DNA of 64,000 nt from Monocercomonoides exilis PA203. Lineage: Eukaryota > Protista > Preaxostyla. The notes under the pieces were generated by a model. The model ran no database searches, was not told the DNA's origin, and saw only the letters and a list, made by a program, of their open reading frames with translations. The stretch lies in contig LSRY02000004.1 of NCBI GenBank assembly GCA_001643675.2, positions 248,001-312,000 of the forward strand. The letters are read 5' to 3'. Shown piece by piece: positions 1-13,700 of the stretch. Position 1 is the first letter of the stretch; each line of letters begins with the position of its first letter. The translations under genes and the position numbers were made by a program.

Positions 1-3000
1 TGACAAGCTTAGTGAATGAAGGGCCGTTCTGCAGACGGACACCACACAAAAGCAGCAAAAACAAAGAGATTGCATTCAAAACAGACTTTTCGGAAGAAGA
101 GGAAGAGGAAGAGGAAGAGGAAGAGGATGCAGATTGAGAAGGAAGATAATATGAAAATGTCTCATTTGTGTCGAATGATTCAAAGTTAGTGATGTAAGCA
201 CACAGAACAGATGAGCCAATAACAGACAGGGCACTTCTGAATGAGTGAATGAGGACAGAAGCATAATGAGACAGAAGAGAAGGCGCAGAGCTTCCAGAAG
301 AAAGCAGAGGCACCACATCTTCTGCTGGCTGAAGGGAGCTCACAGTGCTGCTGAGTGCAACGATGGAGCGGAAGTACACTTCGAACAACGAGCGAGGCCC
401 GACAACCACGTCGCCCATGACACCAAAGCAGGAATAGGCATACGACGGGTCTTTTGTCCATCGGCGGAGGTCTTCCATCAGAGAGCATGCAGCAAATACA
501 GCAACAAGAGCATTGCATGTCATCTCCTTCGCAAGTGCAGCAGTCATACGCACAACAAACTTGCCATTCTTTTCTTTCTCTTTGGATTTCTTCTTCTTCT
601 TCTTCTTTCCTTCTTTTGCTTCCTCGTTCTCTTCAGTGTCTTCATCAACTGGCACTTCGTTCTCTTCCAACTTCTCGTTCTTCAGCAAGTTCTGTGCATC
701 GCTCATCTCCTTCCTCAGCCCACTTGCCATTGCTGTCGCCTTCTTGAAAGCCAAAGGCATCTCGCAATCTTCGCTTATCACGCTGTGAATGACATCGCTG
801 TATGAACTAATCAGGCGCTCAATCTTCTCTGTTGAATCAGCTGATATCAACAGCACACTTTCAGGCTTCTTTTCTCTCCACTGCTTCACCTCTTCTGCAT
901 CCATCACACTTCTCATCACAACAAGCTTCGCAATCGCTAACGCTTCTTCCACAGAAATCACTGTCTGCTCGTCACTCGCTTTTCTCTCTTCTTTGCCTGG
1001 CACCAGAACAGATTCAATCATCTCGTTTATTCTCTCTGCCTCTCTTCCGATCGACAGCTGGCCCAGTCCAAATGGCGGTGTTGGTGTCACACTCGGTGTA
1101 ATTGCAGGTGATGTTGTTGGCGTTGGTGTCTGCGATGTGCTGTCTCCATCGTCATACTCTTCATTCCCTTCCATCGTTTTCTCTCTCTTCTCCTTGCCTG
1201 CCTCGTCTCTCAACGACAACTTCCCGTTTTTCGCTCCTTTCTTCTTCTGCTTCGCGGACGCCTCTCCTTTCTTCTTCCCAGCTGCCTCAGCCTGCTTCTC
1301 CATCTCCTTCTGCTTCTTCTTCTGCTCCCAGCTGGACGCTTTCTTCTGCTCTTTCTTCGGCTCTTCACTCAAAAGAGAGAACACATTGCCAGCTTTTCCG
1401 GAGTCTCCTGATGAGAGTATCGCTTTCGGCGCATGTGGGTCGCGGTTGGATGGTCTGGCCAAGATGGTTGTGGGAGTGTATGACGTGGCAAAGGATGTAG
1501 TGACACCAGATCTGAATGGAGAAGGTGAAGGTGATGGAGACAAAGATGAGGGAGAAGGTGAGCTGTAGACATTGTTTGCGTGTGGGGGTGGGGATCTTCT
1601 CCCAGCTGAGCTGTAGTGCTGGGCATTTGGCTGGTACTGTGATTGCTGCTGCCCAAACGAGGAGTAGCTGGCAGACGATGCAGCGAGTGAGGGAGGAGGT
1701 GGTGGAGGTGCTGCAGACTTCGAAGCAGATGTGACACGAGTGGGCCAGCCGTTCTTTGCGAAGTCGATGACGTCCATCAGTTTGAATTTCACTTTCTTTT
1801 CGAGCTTGCCGGCGTCGATCACTTTCTGCACACCTTTCATCTGCTGGTTGAACTGGCCAGGCATCTCCCGCTGGATCTTCGGTCCGACACACGTCAGGAA
1901 CGAGGCGAGCTGGTTCATGTTCTCCTCAATCGGATTCTGCGGGTCTGTCCCTTTCCACAGGTGGTTCATGCACTGCGCCCCTTTCTCGGTGGAGATGACG
2001 GAGTGGCTGATAAGCTCCCCTGCAAACATCACTGTCCCTTTCACACGCAGATTGAACAGCACTTTCTTCTGCTCTGCGTCTTCCTCGCTGAGCGACTCCA
2101 GCTCTTCTGGCTTGACTGCCTTCTCGAAGTTCCACTCAGAGAAAAAGGCGACCCACACACGGTCAATCAGCTGCTGCTGGAAGCGTGTTGCAATGGGAGA
2201 GCGGTGCATCTGAGCAGACTGCTGAGGAGACAGAGGAGGAGTGGATGATGATGATGATGAGGCTGAGGATGATGGTGATGTGGGAGGTGTTTGTGACGAC
2301 GAGGCTGAACTGCCTTTGCTGTTTGCTTCGTCGTCGTTGCTGATGTCGACTTCTGCAAGCTTTGCTGAGAGCTCTGCATAAAGTGTGAAGTATTTGGCTT
2401 CGAAAATAGCCTTTTCGTAGATTTCTTCTGCAATCTTCTTCAAAAGCTCTTCTTCTTTTTTGTCAAATTCTTTCAGCTCTTCCTCAAATTCGCTTTCAGA
2501 TGAACTCTCTTCCTCTTCCTCTTCCTCCTCCCCCTCCTCCTCCTCTTCTTCTTCTTCTTCCTCTTCCTCTTCCTCATCTTCATCTTCTTCTTCTTCCTCT
2601 TTCATTAACTTCCTCTTTTGCTTTTCTTCTTGTTTCGCCTTCTTCTGTTCCTTCTTAATCCTCTTCTTCTCTTCCTTCTCTGCCTTCATCTTCACCCTCT
2701 CCTCTGTCTTCTTCGCCTTCTTCTTCTCATAAGTCCTCATCAGCCCCGAAATCTCGCTCACCATCTCGTCAAAAGTCGACGGCGCAATCTTGTTCAGCAC
2801 CGCCCGCACCTTCTCAATCACACTCTCCATCGTCTCTGATGCCTCAGACATCGCCCTCTTCCTCTTCTCCTCTCTCCTCTCTGCGCGCCACGACTTCTCT
2901 GCCTTGTTCGGCAGCGCCACCCGCGGCATATACGACGAGTTCCGCCCATACATCCACTGCCCATCGTACCCTCTCCCTCCGCCCATCCCCATCCGCATCA

Positions 3001-6000
3001 TCTTCCTCTCCTGTCCGCCAGGCGGATTCGACAGCAGCGGCTGGTCAGCCCCCATCTTCTTGTCCTTCCTGTCTCTGAACCCTTCCCCTCCCATCCTCCC
3101 TTCCCTCATGTTCCGATAGTCCCCCATTCCTCCTCTGTCCTTCCGCTGCCCCATCGGCTGCTGTGCATACTTCTGAATCTCTCCCACGTTGAACTTCATA
3201 AACTGCAGATTTAGCTTCAGATTGAACTTCTTGCACATTCCTGTCTCTGGCACCTCCATCTCGCCCTCAGATGGCCTGAGAGTGAGCAGAGTGAGCAGCG
3301 AATAGACTGGGTGGGCATTCTTCTTCTCATTGTGCTTCTGCTGCTGTTGCTGTTGCTGCTTCTCCTGTTGTTGTTGTTGTTGTTGTTGAGAGGCAAACTT
3401 GTCAGACACTTCTTTCAGCGCAGCAGATGGCTCTGAATCGAATGGAACAGTCAGCGCATCAAGGGCTGCTTTGCTTTTGAGCACAAATACGTTTCCTTCT
3501 CCGGTGCAGTCTTTGATCAGCTGGTGATGCTCAGCCAAGGGAATTGTGGTGAACTGGTTGGACATATTGGAAGAAGACGAAGGAGAAGGAGAAGGAGAAG
3601 GAAAGGCAAAAGGTGAGGGAGACGGATATGGAGAGCTTGAAGGGTATGGCTGCTGTCCTGAATAAGATTGGGCAGAAGGAGAAGGACTGGGCTGGGGAGA
3701 GACAGAAGGATGGGCAGAAGAGAGTGAGAACGGAGTGGGAGAAGGAGTTGTGTCTGCAGAGGAGGAGGAGGAGGAGGAAGAAGAAGAAGAAGCAGAAGAA
3801 GAGGCAGAAGAAGATGGGTGCTGTGTGAACACCATCTGAATGGAATCAGCAGAAGAGGGAGGAGTTGTTGAAGATGGCGTGGAGGCAGGCTGGGGAGAAA
3901 CTGACTCCAAATTGAGCTCTTCTTCCCTGTGCTTCGGCAGAGGCGCTGCCAACTGCAGCGTTTTGCTTGTTTTGGCTGCTTTTGCCTCTTTCCCTGTTTT
4001 CTCTTCGGATTCTGCGGATGATACTGGTGTTGTCTTTTCTTCTTTCTCTCTTTTTTCTTCTTTTTCTTTTCTCTCTTCTTTTTGTTTGCTCTCTTCGCCT
4101 TTTGCCTCTTTCTTTGTCTTTTTCTTCTCTGCCTCTTCGACTTTCTCTTTCGCCACTGCTTTTTCTGCATCTTTTGCGACTGCTTTGGCTTTGGCTTTTG
4201 GTGCTGCTGGTTTTGCAGCTGATTCTTCATTCGCTTTGACTGACTTGTCGCTCTTTTCAATCTTTTCAGGCATTTTCTCTTTGATTTCTTTGGTTTCCTT
4301 CATCTCACTTGCTTCTTTCGCTTCTTTTGTTGCTTTATTTTCTTTCCCTTTCGTCTCCTTCCCTTCCTTCTTCTTTTCCACTCCTCCTTCTTTCTTTGGC
4401 TGCTCTTCTTTCTCTTTGCTCACTTTCTGCTTTTCTGCTTCAACAGTTCTTGGTGACTCCTTCTGCTTTGTTGTTTTTGCTGCTTCATTCGCTTTCTCTT
4501 TCCCTTCTCTTTCTTTCCCTTCTCTTTCTCTTTCTTTCCCTTCTCTGCTCTTCTTCTCTTCTGCCTCTTTCTGTTGCATGACTTCATTAGCTGCTTTCTC
4601 TACTCTCTCTTTCTCTTCTCTTTCCTTCTTTGCCTTCTCCTTCTCCTTCTCCTTCTCTTTCTCTCTCTCCTTCTCTTTCTCCTTTTCTTCTCTTTCCTTC
4701 CTCTCTCTTCCTTCTTTCTCTCCCGCTTTTTTCTCAACTTTGGCTTTTTCTCCTTCTTTTGGAGTTTCTTTCTCTTCTTTCTCTACTCCTTCTGCTTTAA
4801 CCTTCTCCGCTTTTGGCTTTTCTGATTTTTCTGCTTTTTCAACCTTTTCTTTTGGCTCCTTCACTTCTTTATCAATCTTTGGCTTCTTCACTTTCTCTGC
4901 TTCCTTCTTCGGCTCTTCTTTCTCTTTTCTCTGCTCTTCCTTCTCTTTCTCTTTCTCTTTCTCTTTCTCTTTCTCTTTCTCTTTGTCTTTCTGTTTTGGC
5001 TTCGGCTTCTTTATTTCTGATCCCTTTTCCTGCCAAAACTCTTCTTCTCTCTTCTTCTCCCTCTCCTTCCTCTCCAACGCTTTCTTCCTTTCCCTCTCGA
5101 TTTCCTGTTCTCTTGCTTTTCGCTCTCTTTCTTCCTTCTCCTTCTCCTTCTTCCTCTTCTCTATCTTCTCCTTCTTCGCTTTCTCTGCCTTCTCCTTCTT
5201 CTCCTTCTCAATTCGTTCTGCCTCTTCCTCCTCTTCTTTTTGTGTCTGTGGCTGCTTTTGTACTTTGGCTGGTTCATTCACAAGAGGCTCCGGAATATTC
5301 TCATCTCTTTGCAAATCAGCTGAAGAAGATGATGAAGATGCAGATGCAGACGTTGTTGAAGGTGTTTGTTCAAACACATTTGCTTGCTTTGCCTCTGCCT
5401 TCACATTCATCCCATTCGCTTGTCTCTGATTTTGCACATTCAGCACAGCAGAGGGCGATGAAGGAGTGCCATAAGAAGAGTACGAAGCAGACGGGGCATT
5501 CTGTTTGAGAGAGGCAGCTGGTTGTGGATGGAGCTGGTTGGGGAGTGGATGCACAGGCGATGCCAACAGAGCATTCCCTTTGTTGGGCAGAGGAGCTGGC
5601 TGCAGATGCGGCGGAACTCCTTCTGAAAGACCAGAAAACGGACCTGTTGCCAACTGCCCTGGCTGCAGCAGGCCTTGTTGTTGTTGTTGTTGTTGTGTCT
5701 GTGTCTGGATGGGAGCCATCGAAGGAGAAGAAGGAGAAGGAGAAAGATGAGCCATTCCAGGAAGCATTTGTGCCTGTCCTGCGTGGAATGGGCTCTGCAC
5801 ATTGACAGACAGCACACGCTGCTTGGTGGCTGGAGACGGGCTGAGGGAAGACATCGAAGGCGGTGGGGAGTGGAAGGAAGCGCCTGATTGAGTGGCAGAA
5901 AGAGAAGGAGAGAGGCCTGTGGCATTTGGCTGAAGATGAGGATAGGGCAGCCCAGCATTAGGGACAGGCACAGGCACAGGCACAGGCACAGGAGCAGGGC

Positions 6001-8599
6001 CAGGCGAGAGAGAGGCAGAGTGAAGGGTGTTTCCGCCCATTGGGAGGAGCGGCGGGGTGAGGGGAGGCAGCGTGGAGGAGATGCCTGTGAGCGACGGAGA
6101 CGTCGGCATCGGCAGCACAGGTGCTCTTCCCTGCTGAGGCGACTGGGTGGGCGAGTGAGGCAGCTTGTCTGGAAGATGGAGGGGGTTGTGGGGCACATTC
6201 TGGGTGTAGTCTCGCTGGTTGGGGTAGCCATGCTTTTGATAGGGCTGATAAGGACGCTGGAGTGGCTGTAGCTGAGGCTGAGGCTGTGGTTGTGGTTGTG
6301 GTAGTTGCTGCTTCTGATATCCCATGTGCCCATACTGCCCGTCGTTCTGCGCTGTACCTGGCTGCTTCCACATCTCGTTCTGCCTCCACGGCTCCAGCTG
6401 CTTCTGCCCATTTGCAGCAGCTCCATCAGAGTTGACTGGCACATTCGGTGAGAGCTCGTTTTTGAATGGAGACGGTGGGAAAAGCGCTGAGTTGCCAGCA
6501 GATGGCAGTGGCACCTGTCTGTTTGCATTCGGAATAGGTGAAGGATATGGCTGGTTCATCAATGCCTGCCCTTGTGGTTGTATTGGTGTCTGTATCTGTG
6601 TTTGTGTCTGTGCTGGTGTTGGTGTTTGTATGCCTTGTGATGAGACAGTCGCTGGCAGCTGAGCAGACAGCACAGGACGGCTGAATGGAGGTGATGTGGC
6701 TGACTGGCCAGCAAACGATGAGGGCGATGTTGGATAATACGGATGCTGCATCGGCTGCTGTGTGTGTGTCTGGGTGGCTGGCTGGCTGAGTGCCTGGTGA
6801 GGTGTAAATGACGGCTGTGTAGCGCCAGGCGTCTGCTCGTGCTGTTGTGCTGTGTTTACAGGGGAAGGCGAAGGAGAAGGTGTTGTCTTTGCTTTCTTCG
6901 ACACAAAAACAGCTGCCTGCACTTTGTCCTTCAGCAGATCAGCAGCTGTTGCTTTCAATGAATCCGTCGTGTTTGATCCTTTTGCAGCAGCATTTGACGG
7001 GACAAATGGCGAGATGTTTGCTGTTTTGGGAACAAAAGGCTGAACCTGTGTCAAAGTCGATGGGACTGTTGTTGCTGTTGCTGTTGTTGTTGTGGCAGAA
7101 GGTGGCTGTGATGTTGCGATGAGAATAGGAGCTGCCTTGGCAGATGCTTCTGTGTGCCTCGGAAAGACAAATGGTGTCGCTGAGAGTGTTGACTCTAAAT
7201 TTGCTTTGATGTCTGGCAGAGCAGTTGCAGCTGAAGAGGAAGAGGAGGAGGAGGAAGAAGTCGAATCGCCTTTGCTCTCTGCTATCGGTGGTGTAGAAGT
7301 TGAAGGATGAGCAGATTTTCCCACTGCAGATGAAGGCGATGCTGCCTTTGAATGGAATTTAGGCACAAATTCTGGCACTTCCTTGCTTTTTGCCTTTTCA
7401 AGGAGTGCAGAATGGGCGATCTCGATAAGTGATGTGGCTGGCTGAGAGGTCTGTTGTAGGGACAATGCACTGCTTGAGCCAGCTGTCTGCTTTGAGTCAT
7501 CCGAAGAGATAGCGCCAGAAGCAGCTTGTGCTGACGACTGGGGCAATGAAGACAGACTGGAGGATGCAGAAGCAGCAGCTGAGGAAGAAGATTTGGGTGC
7601 AGTTGTGGGGACTGTTTCTGAGCTTGCTTTTGCATCGCTCTTTGAAGTAGAAGTAGAAGCAGAAGCAGAAGAAGAAGAACGATATTTCAAAGGGATAAAA
7701 GAACTTGATGAAGTGTTCAAATGAGTCGAGGAATCGTCCTTTTCAGAATGTGTTGCTTGCGCAGGAGTTGACGTGTTAGATGAGGATCCCGCTGGCAAAT
7801 GATGTGAAGTGAACTCACTCGCCGACGGGGAAAGAGTTTTTGCAATCATTCCCGTAGAATCAAAATTTGTTGATTGTTGATATTCAGGTCCAAAGCTATT
7901 TCGAGGTACATCTGTTTCAGAAATCGAATACGCTGGCATTCCTCTACCACGGCCATATCCTCTACCGCGTCCTCTTCCCATACCCCTTAGTGGCAATGCT
8001 CCTCCTTGAGAAACCCAACCTCCTGACCCTCTTCCAATACCACGTCCACGTCCAAATCCTTGTGTCGGTGCCATCATTTGAAATTGTTCTGGATATTGCT
8101 CAAAATCATTTTGCATCATTGGCACAGAATTAAGTCCATCATTATAATAATCTATTGGGGCATCAAAGTCATCTCCAGTATATCCAATTTCATCTGTACC
8201 AACCATCATTTCGTTTGCATAATAAGGATTGTCAACAATTTGCATTTCGTTGGGCTCCTATTTTTTGTTTGTTGTTTTAGTTGGATGAATTGAATACAAT
8301 CGAAAATGTGAATTATAAAGAAGAGTGTCATATTTATTGTTGTAATTGTCAAAAAAGAAGAAGAAATAAAATCCTAAATTTTACAAAAATAAATCGTTTA
8401 ATAAGACCTGATACATTTGTTGACCCATTTGATAAGGCGGCATCATGGTAGGTTGCACAAAATCCGCACTATAATATGACGAATTGTAACGCAAAGTAAT
8501 TATTCAATTAACGCATACAACATCAACAAAAAAATACCTTTCTTGATATGGCATTTGATCTATTGGATAGGAGCCGAATGAATTTTGGTCATAGCTCAT
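1..8599 (-). CDS. EIF4G: Translation initiation factor eIF4G, 3'-truncated by the window edge (>2790 aa)
   Basis: Hand translation. Exons 8599-8538, 8468-8408 and 8257-<1; GT-AG introns 8537-8469 and 8407-8258 keep the frame, which I checked at several points but not at every codon. N-terminal RGG/RG box (GRGRGIGRG...GRGRGRGYGRGRG). Canonical eIF4E-binding motif YxxxxLL (PVYSLLTLLTLRP, 3304-3272). Pre-MIF4G motif LPNKAEKSW. MIF4G signatures VRAVLNKIAPSTFD, IYEKAIFEAKYFTLYAEL, GTVMFAGEL and KVKFKLMDVIDFAKNGW (~2830-1745). The ORF track misses it because the stop lies outside the window. Confidence 0.92.
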
Positions 8600-9381
8600 G
8601 TTTTAATCTTTGCAAAATTCAGACTCCAAACCCATCATATTGTCCTGAACAGCTCATTTTTTCAAAACGACATAAAACAATTATTTTTGATGCAACATTA
8701 AAACATTATATAGAATCGAAGTGTTTGAAAGCATTTATGTTTAGCGGCCATTATTTAAAAATTTTTAAATGGAATTGTTCTTTTTCTTTTATCAAAGATA
8801 GAATGATGAAAAACTATATGCATAATCCTTCATTATTTTTTGTTTATTGATTTTGAATTATCATTGATTTTTTAAAAATATTTCGCATTATTGAGATTAT
8901 TTTGGAAATTAGAGAATGTTTCATAAAATATTTCAATTTTCTTTTAATTCAGAAGCATATTTTTCAATATAAAAAATAATAAATTGAGAAATATTGGACT
9001 TTGATTTTTTGTATGCCCATTAGAATTATTTCATTCAGAAGAGTAATGGTTTTCTTTTAAATAAAAAATTTGAGAGAGTGTTTTTTTCAAAACAATACCA
9101 CATTGGGCTGCGAATGTGAAAAATAAAGAAGAAAAAATTTTTTTAGGCTTAGGGATTATGAAAATAACTTTTTCTTTTTAATATCTCCGAAAAATTATCA
9201 TAATCGTCATAGAACGATTCACAAAAATCGTCCTTCGCCATTTTTAACAATTTCACTTGGAGCATTCACAATCAATAAATAAAAATAGATTTTATCTCCA
9301 AAATGAGAACAATGATCGTTAATAACGCGCTTTTCACAGATCAAACCCATTAATTGCTTTTGTATTTCACTGTTGTCAAAA

Positions 9382-10430
9382 ATGTCAGAATGTTTGAAAT
9401 TTTTTTTAGAATTTATTGTTGTTTATATTTATTGATTTTATAGTTCCAACTATCGCTGATTTGGAAGAAACTGTTGCAGCTATCCGTGCGAAGGCTCCAG
9501 GATTTCAGCCAAAGATTGGTTTGATAAATTTTTTAAATAAATATTATGATTTTCTTTTATTTATTATTTTTGAAATAGGTATCATTCTTGGAACTGGATT
9601 GAGCGGAATGGGAGAACAATTGGATGAATCCCCAGCGAAAATTGTTATGCCATATGCTGAAGTCCCTCATTTTGCAAAATCAACAGTTATCGGACATGCT
9701 GGAAATCTCCTTCTTGGCTACATCAATGGAGTTCCTGTAATGTGCATGCAAGGAAGATTCCATTATTATGAAGGATACTCTCTCAATCAGGTAACATATC
9801 CTGTTAGAGTCATGGCAAAAATGGGAGTAAAAGGACTTGTTGTTTCAAATGCAGCAGGATGCTTAAATGCTGATTGGCAAGTTGGCGATATTGCACTTAT
9901 CACAGATCATATTAATTTCCAAGGAACAAATCCTCTTATTGGACCAAACAAAGACTTTTTCCCCCCTTATTCAACAAGATTTCCTGATATGAGCGACTGC
10001 TACGATAAAAAAATGCGTGAAGCTGTGAAAGAAGTTGCAGCGAAGAAGGATCTTAAACTTCGCGAAGGTGTTTATTTTGCTATGTCAGGACCTTCATATG
10101 AAACAAGTTTGTATTTCAAAAAAATATGTTTTTTGTAATAAAGTTAAAAAAAATTTTTTTTTCTTTTTGTTTTATTAAAAAATATTAGGCGCTGAGCACA
10201 AATTCATTAAAATTGTTGGAGGAGATTTTGTTGGCATGTCAACTGCTCCTGAGGTTATTGTTGCCCGTCACAGCGGACTACGTTGCGTTGGATTTAGCGT
10301 TATGACTAACATGTGTGTTCCAGGTGTTGTTGCTGATCATGCTGTCATCGGTGATGTTGGGCGTTCTGCTGGTGACAGACTTGTTCCACTTCTTCGTGAT
10401 TCCCTCCCTGGAATTGCTGCTCAACTTTAA
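9382..10430 (+). CDS. PNP: Purine nucleoside phosphorylase, trimeric inosine/guanosine type (284 aa)
   Basis: Exons 9382-9391, 9444-9518, 9579-10106 and 10189-10430 with three GT-AG introns give an intact frame. Motifs [62 protein letters not shown] and the TN dipeptide (VMTNM). Confidence 0.95.
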
Positions 10431-10738
10431 GTGTCCTTATTCTGGAGTGCTCTTTATTTTGTTTCTGAATGTTATGGATTTTAATTTATTTTTGGCTTTT
10501 AATTCGCATTACTTTTTGATCAGTTGGCATCTGTTATTATAAGTTGTGTTGGCATTCTTTTCTCTTTATTTAATGGGATATCCGTTGGATTAATCAGATA
10601 AGATTTGTTAATAGTTAATTAATTGATGGAAATTTTATTTTTGTTGGAAAATACTCAAAAAAAAATTAAAGAAAAAAGAAAATGTTTTTTTACAAGGAAA
10701 TCAATTTGTCAAAAACATAATGAAACAAGGAAAAATGA

Positions 10739-13700
10739 TCACTTTGCGTTAAGAGTTACACCCACCACAGTTTTGTTCGTTTTGAGTAATTTTTCTCTGA
10801 TGTGATCAGACCATCTTGTAATTTCGCCAATTGTAACAGCGATGCGCTCTTCTCCGTAGCATTCCTTTGCCAACGCTGCAAATCGTGCGTGAAGTGCTGT
10901 GACATGATTCTAAACAAAACAGAAAGGAAAGGAATAAAAAAAAAATAATGTCATTCAAAATAAAACAAAAGTTTGGTTCAAAATGATAGATATATCAAAG
11001 TGGGTGATATTTAATGAAATATAATAAAATAAAATAATTAAAAGATAAATTGGAATAATAATTATTAAAAGAGAGCACACCGAAACAGTAACAGTAATCT
11101 GGCTGAAGAGATGATAATCTGATGCGAATGAGTCTCTGATCCTCCTCCGAATGGAGCGAAATGCGTCTTCCATCGACGAGTTGAACTCGTTGTTGATCGC
11201 ATCAAACTTCTTCTTCGAGAACTTCTCGTCAAATTGTATGTCTGTTGGCTGTCTAAGTGTCCTCTTGATAAGCTCAGCGTCTTTGATGAACGAGATCACC
11301 GGGCGGAGTGCATCAGCCACCAGAACAGCAGCATACTCATCCAGCAGCTCGTCATACCGCTTCTTCCAGTTGCCCGACAGCCGCTCGAGCGCCAGGGCTA
11401 TGCTCTTTGCCGTCTGCGCTGAGCACACGATGGGGTTGGCATCGAGCGTCTCGCTGGCATAGTTCCCAGCCAGATGGATGGACGAGGACGCGCTGATGGG
11501 CGTGCAGACAGCTGTCGGGTTCGTCTTCATCGATGAGATGATGTGCCACAAGTAGTGGATGTTCTCTAGCCGCATCGCACTCGACATCTCCGCCGGAAAC
11601 TGCGTCGACGGCTGCGTCGCCCGGTCAAGTGCCTCGACCGCCTTCTGTGCGCAGTCTGTGTAGAAGAAGTGCGACTTGCCGAAGGCTGTGTCCCCTCCCC
11701 CGCCCTGATACGCCTCTCCAACAAACGCAAAGAGGATCGGCAGGCGCGCAATGAACGTGGCGACCGCCGTGGGCTTACTGGTGTATGTGCCTAGCTGCTG
11801 CAAGCCGTTGAGGTAGCTGGAGGTGATGCGCTTCTGGATGAGCTCCTGGACAGCTGGCTGGAGGCGAGAGAGAATGTTAACCAGAAACGGAGTCAGCGCA
11901 GAAAGAGGCTGGATGTAGTTGGCGATGATGGCTGAGATGGAGATGAGGATGAAGTCGTTGTAGGAGCACGCAGTGTCGATCAGCTCTTTGAACACTTTGT
12001 CCAAGTCTTTGAATATTGCAGACAGCAATATCTGGACTGATGTTTCTCGTCTTGCTGCTTTCTCTGCTGCTGCTGAAGTTGGCTTTCCTTTCGCCTTAAG
12101 AGTTGATCCAGAAGTAGCAGTAGTTGAAGAAGAAGATGATGATGAAGTTGCAGTTTCTTCTTCCTCTTCCTCTTCTTCAATGCCAAGCTCCACCACTGGG
12201 AAGAAGAAAGAAGAGAGGAACATCTGCTCGATGATGCAAACGCGGCACACCTTTGCGAAGAAGAGGATGAATAGCTCGACAAGCGACAGGCTCGTCATGT
12301 CTACGTCTTCTTCGCACCAGAACTGCCGCGGCATCACCGACGGTGTGGGGACAGCGTCTGACGACTGGTCGTATGAAGAGGAAGAGGACGAGTGTCTCAG
12401 CAAAGTGGACGATGTGGTGGAAGCAGAGGCCACTGTCAGCAAAGAGACCGAAGCGCCCCGTTGAAGAGAAGGCTTGGCGAACCGGTCGAGTGAAGATGAC
12501 ACGCCAGATATAAGTTGGGTTGAAGGAGAAGGGCAGGTGGAAGAAGAAGAAGAAGAAGAGGATGATGATGATGATGATGATGATGGAAGAGATGACGAGG
12601 AAGCAGAATCGCCAGAACCAATTGAAGAGGCAACACGAGAATTAGAGCGGTCGAATGTGCGGATGATGTATTGCTTGTCGCTCAAAGAAAGCTTTCCTGT
12701 GTCGACAAAGTTGATCTTCACGTAGCTCTTCTGCTTTGATATCATCGACTTCACGTTGTTCAGAAACTGTGTGATCTCTGCCGTATACACCGCCCCAACC
12801 TGCTCGGCGTAGAAGACTGCCAGCTCGTTGACGGTGGAGTTCGTAGGCATCCCGGGAAGCGGGTGTTCGTGCATCAGCTGCAGCGCCTCAATCATCGATT
12901 GATACTTCATCACTGCATTGTGAAGCGGGCGGTGGCTCATAAGTCTGCCATGTGTCTTCACTGTATGTGAAAAGAACAACACAAAAAGAAAGAAAGAAAG
13001 AAAGAATTTAAATGGAAATTTTCAAACAGATACAGAAATGTGTTTGTAAAAATAAATTATTGAATTGAAATTCATTAACAATCAATTACCAACCCTTACT
13101 CGGTAAATTTCTATCTTTATATTCTGAGATGTGTGTCGGTATTGCCGCTCTCATAAATTGATTAATTTGCCTGTTAAATGAAGACACGGCATGAACGTGT
13201 TGCGATTTAATTTCCTTTACCATCATTAAATCTTTAAGTTCAGAAAGATCTACAACTGTTGGGGATGGAGTCTCCCTTTTTGGAGTATCAAGGGGTAAAG
13301 AATTTGAAGGTTTTTGTACATTTTGCTGGTGAATTGTAAAATCTAGATAATCGTCATCATTATCTCCGGTAAGATGATCATAAGTAGTTTCTAATTTTTT
13401 CCTAGACAAAATTATTACATCTTTTGTTATTCTCAGCATTTCATCTTGACCATCAGGTAATTTGAGAGTCTCGATTATCTGAAGTGTTTCATCTGGTATT
13501 TTAATGGATTCTATTGCCTCAAATACACGCTGAATCTTCCGATGAGAACGTTCTGTTCGAACAAGTCGAGTATGATCCTTTTCGAGTTTTGCAAGTGATT
13601 CTTTCATGTTATCCAGTCCGCCTTGAGCTGTTTCTTCAAATTTTTTTACATGCTCGTGCGAATCTGAAAGAGCAGAGAGTTGATGCATCACATCCCCAAA

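Noticed and set aside
3840-5508. Long plus-strand Phe/Ser/Leu-rich ORFs (529 aa, 231 aa and others) resembling membrane proteins
   Set aside because: Antisense shadows of the Lys/Glu-rich tract of eIF4G; low-complexity codons lack stops on the opposite strand.
76-7635. Many short minus-strand ORFs (for example 5440-6528 and 3517-4260)
   Set aside because: Alternative frames overlapping the true eIF4G frame, with no recognisable motifs.
9143-9154. TTAGGCTTAGGG telomere-like sequence
   Set aside because: Only one perfect unit; expected by chance.
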